From Eutreptiella sp. 'Long Island Sound 2002' (taxonomy: Eukaryota; Protista; Euglenida): a DNA stretch of 64,000 nt. The stretch spans positions 147,188,001 to 147,252,000 of the forward strand of contig OZ038378.1 in NCBI GenBank assembly GCA_964036045.1, written 5' to 3'. The translations under genes were made by a program, and so were the position numbers. Below, in pieces: positions 57,418-64,000 of the stretch (positions within the stretch are counted from its first letter, which is position 1; each line of letters opens with the position of its first letter). The notes beneath the pieces are model-generated. The model did not search any database, had not been told where the DNA came from, and saw only the letters and a program-made list of their open reading frames with translations.

Positions 57418-60400
57418 ATGTCATCGAAACCCACAGTTGATGTTGGTTTGTGGTAGTAGAGATGGCCAAGACGGGGCAGTCACGTTGCCGTAAGTGTGCA
57501 GACCCCATCCCCAAAGGGAGCTCCGAGTGGGCCTCGAGGCCTGGATCAGTGGGCGCAAGGCGGTCACATGGCAGCACCCGCCTTGTTTCTTGCAAGGCCT
57601 CCGCTTCGCCGCCGCCACCACTGGACGCTCCAAGTGCAAGGCCACAGGGGATCTCATGCCCAAGGTATTAAGACAGAGGGGAGTTAGCATGACCCCCATG
57701 CCCTTGGGCCTGTCATGGATTTTCCAGCCCCCCCAATTTGGCCCGGTATTCTCAGGGCATTGTGGACTGGTCGCCGTGGGCATAAAGGCGAGAAAATAGT
57801 GAAGAAAAGAAGTTTTCGGTGCCTAACTTAACGCGGGCGCAAGGGCCCATTGATCTGTGGCAAAGGAAGGCGGCGGGGGGCATTTTTGGGTCAGTTTCCC
57901 CACCATACTGGCCCCCCTCCCCCAAGGGAGTGTGGATCCGCTTTTGGGGGGTATTGGGTGATGGCCATGGGGGTGTTCAGACTCAGATCCTGGCCCCAAC
58001 CCCCCCCCCCTCTCCCCTCCCCCGGGAGGTCCAAAGTGTTGAGGAGGTTTTGACCACATTTGGCTCAAACTTGGCGGCAAAGGCGCCGGACTTCTTTTTT
58101 TGGCACACGGTTGGGGCCAACAATTGACTTCACTCTCTGTGTTTATGCTCAAAATGCTCAGAATTTCATAGGGAATTCAAATGTGCATGCAAAACAGAAA
58201 AAAAGTTTCACACTTGATCCCCCCCCCAGCCCCCCCCCCCCCCCACAAATCTGGCTGCTGGGATTGGACCCCCAAGGGGGTAATTTTTTTTTTCAAAACC
58301 CCCACATCTGTGTGTTCGAAATGATCAGCATGACGAGGAGATCATTTTGAGGTATGTATGTTGGGGTACCCGGGACCTCCCCACTGGGCGCCATCAACTC
58401 CCCCAAGGACACGCCGCCCCCCCCCCCCCCCCACTTGGCTCAAAAAGTTTGGGGGGGGGTTGGGGTCAGGATTTGAGTCTGAACACCCCGCGTGATGATG
58501 GCAGATTGGGAATGGGCACCACAGCAGCCCAAGTGTTGGCTGTGGTTCATTGAGCGCCACCGGGGAAGACAACCAAGAGTGCCTCACAGATTGCATCCCG
58601 GATCCACCAAGTTCCCCTCAGTTTCATGGAACGCGCCGTTGGAGCCCCTTCCACATAAACCTCGAAGTTGAAGTCTAACCTCCCCACAAAAGGCCCCAGC
58701 AGCACCGAAGTGAGCCCGTTGCGAGCCCCTTTCTCCCCCAAGCAAGGCCTTGCCATGGTGCACAAGAGAATGTTGCCCATTCTTCAATGGAGGAGGAGGG
58801 GGGTCAGATGGGCGGGTCAAGAGCATGTGTGTGTGGGGGGTGCCCCCCCCCCCCGTGAATGTGTGACATTCACGTTGCTGGTTGTGGTTAGCACCCCCCA
58901 GCCTGGGGTCTTCGTGATGACCGCATCTGGGGCACTGATCAGGCCGTCAGGGGAGGACGCCATGGCAGAAGTTGCATTCTGGATCCCCCCCCCCCCCCCA
59001 GGCAGGTGGATGCCCGCGGCAGTGCGGATGCCCGCAGTAGTGCGGATGCCCTGCTTGTCATAGCAGAAGGTTCAGGGGCGAGAGGCCAATAGCGCCGCCA
59101 CAGGCCAACAGAGCCAACCCCCAAGGCCTAGTGCCAACCCCCCCCCCCCCCCACCCCCACCCTCACACTTCCCTGGACCCCGATCCCGGGGGACAATACG
59201 TACCGCCCCAACAAACCGCCCCTGGCACTGGCTGTACTAGACGGTCTCGTGCTGTGCCTTCCGGTCCGACCTTGGCTTTGGGCCTGGAGGGCGTCGCTGG
59301 GGCGACTGCTTTCTCACCCCCCGTCCCCTCACACCATGTCACCGTGTGAGAGGGGGGGGGGTCGCAGATGAGCAATGGGCCGGATGCCAAGCGAGAGCCT
59401 TGGAACTCAAAGGGCGCCACCTTTTGACTGAACATCGATGCCCCCAAGCAGCCCAGTGGGTGGGTGGGTGGGTGGGTGGTTCAGCCGGGGCCCAGAACCC
59501 CCCCCCCCCCCCTCCTCCCGGACCACAGCATTTGGAGACTTGCATGACTCGCCCCGTTTCGTGGTCTGTCTTGGGCGTGTGGGGTCCGGGGTCCGCCCAC
59601 GCCCTTCAACGCCCTGCCTGCCCACATGGCGTGCGCACGGGGCATCGGTTGTCACCCCCCCCCCATTGAAATCCCCCCCCCCATTGAAATCCCCCCCCCC
59701 CATTGAAATCCCCCCCCCCCCCCCCATTGAAATCCCCCCCCCCCATTGAAATCCCCCCCCCCATTGAAATCCCCCCCCCCCATTGAAATCCCCCCCCCAT
59801 TGAAATCCCCCCCCCCCATTGAAATCCCCCCTCCCCATTGAAATCCCCCCCCCCCATTGAAATCCCCCCCCCCCATTGAAATCCCCCCCCCCCATTGAAA
59901 TCCCCCCCCCATTAAAATTTCCCCCCCCCATTGAAATCCCCCCCCCATTGAAATCCCCCCCTCATTGAAATCCCCCCCTCATTGAACCCCCCCCCCCATT
60001 GAAATCCCCCCCCCATTGAAATCCCCCCCCCCATTGAAATCCCCCCCCCCATTGAAATCCCCCCCCCCCATTGAAATCCCCCCCCCCATTGAAATCCCCC
60101 CCCCCATTGAAATCCCCCCCCCCCATTGAAATCCCCCCCCCCCCATTGAAATCCCCCCCCCATTGAAATCCCCCCCCCCCATTGAAATCCCCCTCCCCCA
60201 TTGAAATCCCCCCCCCCATTGAAATCCCCCCCCCCATTGAAATCCCCCCCCCCCCCATTGAAATCCCCCCCCATTGAAATCCCCCCCCATTGAAATCCCC
60301 CCCCCATTGAAATCCCCCCCCCCCCATTGAAATCCCCCCCCCTCCATTGAAATCCCCCCCCCCATTGAAATCCCCCCCCCCCCATTGAAATCCCCCCCCC

Positions 60401-62376
60401 CATTGAAATCCCCCCCCCCTTGAAATCCCCCCCCCCATTGAAATCCCCCCCCCCATTGAAATCCCCCTCCCCCATTGAAATCCCCCCCCCCCAATTGAAA
60501 TCCCCCCCCCCCATTGAAATCCCCCCCCCCCCATTGAAATCCCCCCCCCCCATTGAAATCCCCCCCCCCCCCATTGAAATCCCCCCCCCCCATTGAAATC
60601 CCCCCCCCATTGAAATCCCCCCCCATTGAAATCCCCCCCCCATTGAAATCCCCCCCCCCCCCATTGAAATCCCCCCCCCCCCATTGAAATCCCCCCCCCA
60701 TTGAAATCCCCCCCCATTGAAATCCCCCCCCCCCATTGAAATCCCCCCCCCCCCTTGAAATCCCCCCCCCCCATTGAAATCCCCCCCCCCATTGAAATCC
60801 CCCTCCCCCATTGAAATCCCCCCCCCCCAATTGAAATCCCCCCCCCCCATTGAAATCCCCCCCCCCATTGAAATCCCCCCCCCTCCATTGAAATACCCCT
60901 CCCCCATTGAAATCCCCCCCCCCCCATTGAAATCCCCCCCCCCATTGAAATCCCCCCCCCCCATTGAAATCCCCTCCCCCCATTGAAATCCCCCCCCCCC
61001 ATTGAAATTCCCCCCCCATTGAAATCCCCCCCCCCCATTGAAATCCCCCCCCCATTGAAATCCCCCCCCCCCAATTGAAATCCCCCCCCCCATTGAAATC
61101 CCCCCCCCCATTGAAATCCCCCCCCCCATTGAAATCCCCCCCCCCATTGAAATCCCCCTCCCCCATTGAAATCCCCCCCCCCCAATTGAAATCCCCCCCC
61201 CCCATTGAAATCCCCCCCCCATTGAAATCCCCCCCCCTCCATTGAAATCCCCCTCCCCCATTGAAATCCCCCCCCCCCATTGAAATCCCCCCCCCCATTG
61301 AAATCCCCCCCCCCATTGAAATCCCCCCCCCCCATTGAAATCCCCCCCCCCCATTGAAATTCCCCCCCCATTGAAATCCCCCCCCCCCATTGAAATCCCC
61401 CCCCCATTGAAATCCCCCCCCCCCCCAATTGAAATCCCCCCCCCCATTGAAATCCCCCCCCCCATTGAAATCCCCCCCCATTGAAATCCCCCCCCCATTG
61501 AAATCCCCCTCCCCCATTGAAATCCCCCCCCCCCATTGAAATCCCCCCCCCATTGAAATCCCCCCCCCTCATTGGACCCCCCCCCCCAGGGGGGGAACCG
61601 TCACCCTGGCCCAGAAAGCATAGGAAATACTTGGCGCCAAAGAAATTTTTTACAAGGCACCAAAGGCGGCAAAGCTGATTTACACTGTGATACTATGGTA
61701 CAGATTTGTGGTGCACCCCCCCACCCCCCGCAGGCGGGGGAACCGTCACTTTGAGACCGTAACCCCCCCCCCCCCGGGGGGGGAACCGGCGCGACAAAAG
61801 GGAGGAGATTTCAAAGGGGGGGGGGTACCGCGGCAGAACCATCCAAACCGCCGGTAAGTCCCAAGGACCCCATAGCTGCTCGGTGCCCCCTACCCCGTGC
61901 AGTGCAGCCCCCCCCTCCCCCGTGCAGTGCAGCCCCCTCCCCCCCCCCTCCCCCGTGCAGCCCCCTCCCCCCCATCACAGGGCGCTGCAAGGCTTGGCCT
62001 GACCAGCCACACCACGACGCATTGGGTCGGTCTGGAGGCGCTGCCGGCGGTGCTGGAGAAGATCTCCACAGGCCTCCACAGCCCCTTGGCCCTGGAGGAG
62101 GTCGAGGGCTTCGCCACCCTGGCCCCGCCGGAGCAGCAGCGGGTGCGGGACCTGTGCCCCGCAGGCCCCGCCGCCCCCAGGGCCGCCGTCAAGGCCCAGC
62201 CCCACGACGACCTCAAGACCGCCCCTGAGGCCGCGCCGGCACCGGTGCCGATCCGCACCACAAAGCGGCCCAAGAGCGACGCGGGCCCTGAGAAGGTCCT
62301 CCGCCCCCGCGTGCCCGGCCCCGCCACCGCCCCCCGGGGGGAGGGGGGCGTGACGCCTGTGTGGACGGGGGTCTGA
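57418..62376 (+). CDS. Protein with two tandem PARP-type zinc fingers; exons 57418-57664 and 61981-62376; two apparent -1 homopolymer frameshifts in exon 1
   Basis: VEMAKTGQSRCRKCADPIPKG(E)LRVG...WQHPPCF, then TTGRSKCKATGDLMPK|GAARLG...HW...VEGFATLAPPEQQRV. GT-AG phase-0 intron 57665-61980. Confidence 0.8.
59651..61573. repeat. Satellite: CATTGAAAT plus a C7-12 run, roughly 100 units
   Basis: Direct reading; ~18-21-bp period. Confidence 0.97.
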
Positions 62377-62769
62377 GGGGTGTATTGGCGGAGGATGTGG
62401 TCAATCTGGTCTCTACAGCACCGCTGGGGGAGGGGGGGGCTTGGCAACTGCCCTTCATATGGGGATATGTAAGGGTAGGCTCTGTGCCCTGTATCCGTTC
62501 CAAAGCCGAGCAGGGCAGAGATGGGGGCTTTGCAAAGCAGATCCCCAGACCATTCGTGCCCCGAGGGCACATCTCACTTGGTGCCGAGCATAGGCAACGC
62601 AAAGAGAAGTGGCCCTTCACGGGATGCGTGCACAAGGCAATGGGGTAGGACACAACAAGGGCCACAGAAATCAAACCAGCGTAAAGCGACTCAGTCATAA
62701 TCTCGTGTCGGAGGAAACAGGCCCCCACCCGAGACGGGCATGCATCGTGATTCGTGGGTTGGGGACCAA

Positions 62770-63942
62770 GGGGGGGGGGGGGGGGCGACATGCTAATTCT
62801 CGACAGAGGGTATAGTTTGGCCAAACTACCCCGTTTTTTCGAAGCGGCTGAAAAATTTGGTTAACACCCGTTTCGCACATTTGAGTTTTGTTGATTTCTC
62901 CCTGCTTGCCACCAGTCCCCGGGTCCCAATTTCTGCACCCCGCAGGCCCTGCTGTCACACCAACAATTTTTGATTTTTAGTCCGATGCTTGCCAGAGGTC
63001 TCAGAGTCCCAATTTTTGCACCTTGCAGCCCCTGCTGTCATACCAGGAATTTTTAATTTTTATTCTGATGCTTGCCAAAGGTCCCAAGGTCCCAATTTCT
63101 GCACCCCGTGGCCCGCGCTGTCCCACCATCAATTTTTGATTTTTAGTCTGATTCTTGCCACAGGTCCCAGGGTCCCAGTTTCTGTCTTTGACTATGTCCG
63201 TTGTCTTCGTCTCTTTGCAACATGTCCTCAGTTTTTCTCATGACACAACAACATTCTTCGGAGGTGTTGAGCATCCAACTCGGTGATATCCTTTGCAAAG
63301 GGCTCATTTGCCGACAAGGCTTATGCGAACCAAGTGTTACGGCCAAGCAGCGCAAGACATAAGGCAGTGAAGGCGTACAGTCCCGCCGGTGTGCCAAAAA
63401 TGGTGAGGCTGACCTACCGCAAAAAAATCCGTCCCCGAAGTACTTTGTTGCATGACTCAAGCCCTGTTCCATGGCGGGAACACCCCAGCTCGGGTCACAA
63501 GGTCCAAGCACGTGCCCGGATTAGCCTTGGAGTGACGCCACAAGAGAACTTTGTGAGCAACAGCCACACATCAAACTAAAAATTAAAAATTCCTGGTACG
63601 ACAGTAGGGGCTGCAGGGAGCAGAAATTGGGACTCTGAGACCTGTGGTAAGCATCAGACTAAAAATTGAAAAATCCTTGTATGATAGCAGGGGCTGCAGG
63701 GTGCAAAAATTGTGGCCCTGGGACCTGTGCCAAGCATCAGTCTAAAAATTATACATTCCAGTGAGGGTCACGCGGTGCTTTTCTGCCTTGGTTTTTGTTC
63801 AATACAAAAACTGTCCCTTTTTTCAGCGGGCAGGTTTGAAATGTGCAAAAACCCCCCAAACTACCCCTTTTTTCGAGGGGGCTGAAAAATTTGGTTAACA
63901 CCCCCATGTGCAAAACTTGCATGTCGCCCCCCCCCCCCCCCC
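62770..63942. mobile_element. Foldback/MITE-like element with G-run-CGACATGC termini and subterminal inverted repeat blocks
   Basis: gggggcgacatgc (62781-62793) vs gcatgtcgccccc (63919-). ~62965-63200 is inverted at ~63575-63750. Confidence 0.7.
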
Positions 63943-64000
63943 TGTTGGGGACACGGTTGTTGCTTTGTTTCTTGTTTGTGCGGTGCCGGGGTTCCCGGCC

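Noticed and set aside
59407-61572. 500+ aa Gly-rich ORFs
   Set aside because: Translations of the satellite in all frames, inside an intron and on the opposite strand.

Overview
Repeat-rich eukaryotic nuclear DNA with long homopolymer runs and one 200-N gap; no prokaryotic operons, rRNA or CRISPR. The host is probably a euglenozoan; this is inferred only from a VIPER/TATE-type retroelement gene order. Three spliced host genes were reconstructed by hand, all with GT-AG introns: a MOT1-family molybdate transporter (-, 18007-25644), a small STI1/HOP-like TPR protein (-, 33074-39747) and a tandem PARP-type zinc-finger protein (+, 57418-62376). The rest is nested mobile DNA. (1) A full-length tyrosine-recombinase retrotransposon (gag-YR-RT-RNase H) with A1..B1A2..B2 split direct repeats, integrated without target duplication into an RNase H-bearing L1/Tx1-like LINE. 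(2) Three diverged Penelope-like reverse transcriptases that all carry Asp-Asn (RFRDN/RYVDN) in place of the YxDD dyad. (3) Two hAT-like transposase relics. (4) Several non-autonomous TIR elements carrying a SAM domain, a PHD finger or tRNA-like units. (5) tRNA-derived SINE heads, tandem arrays and long palindromes. All domain calls are motif recognition by eye; no database search was run.
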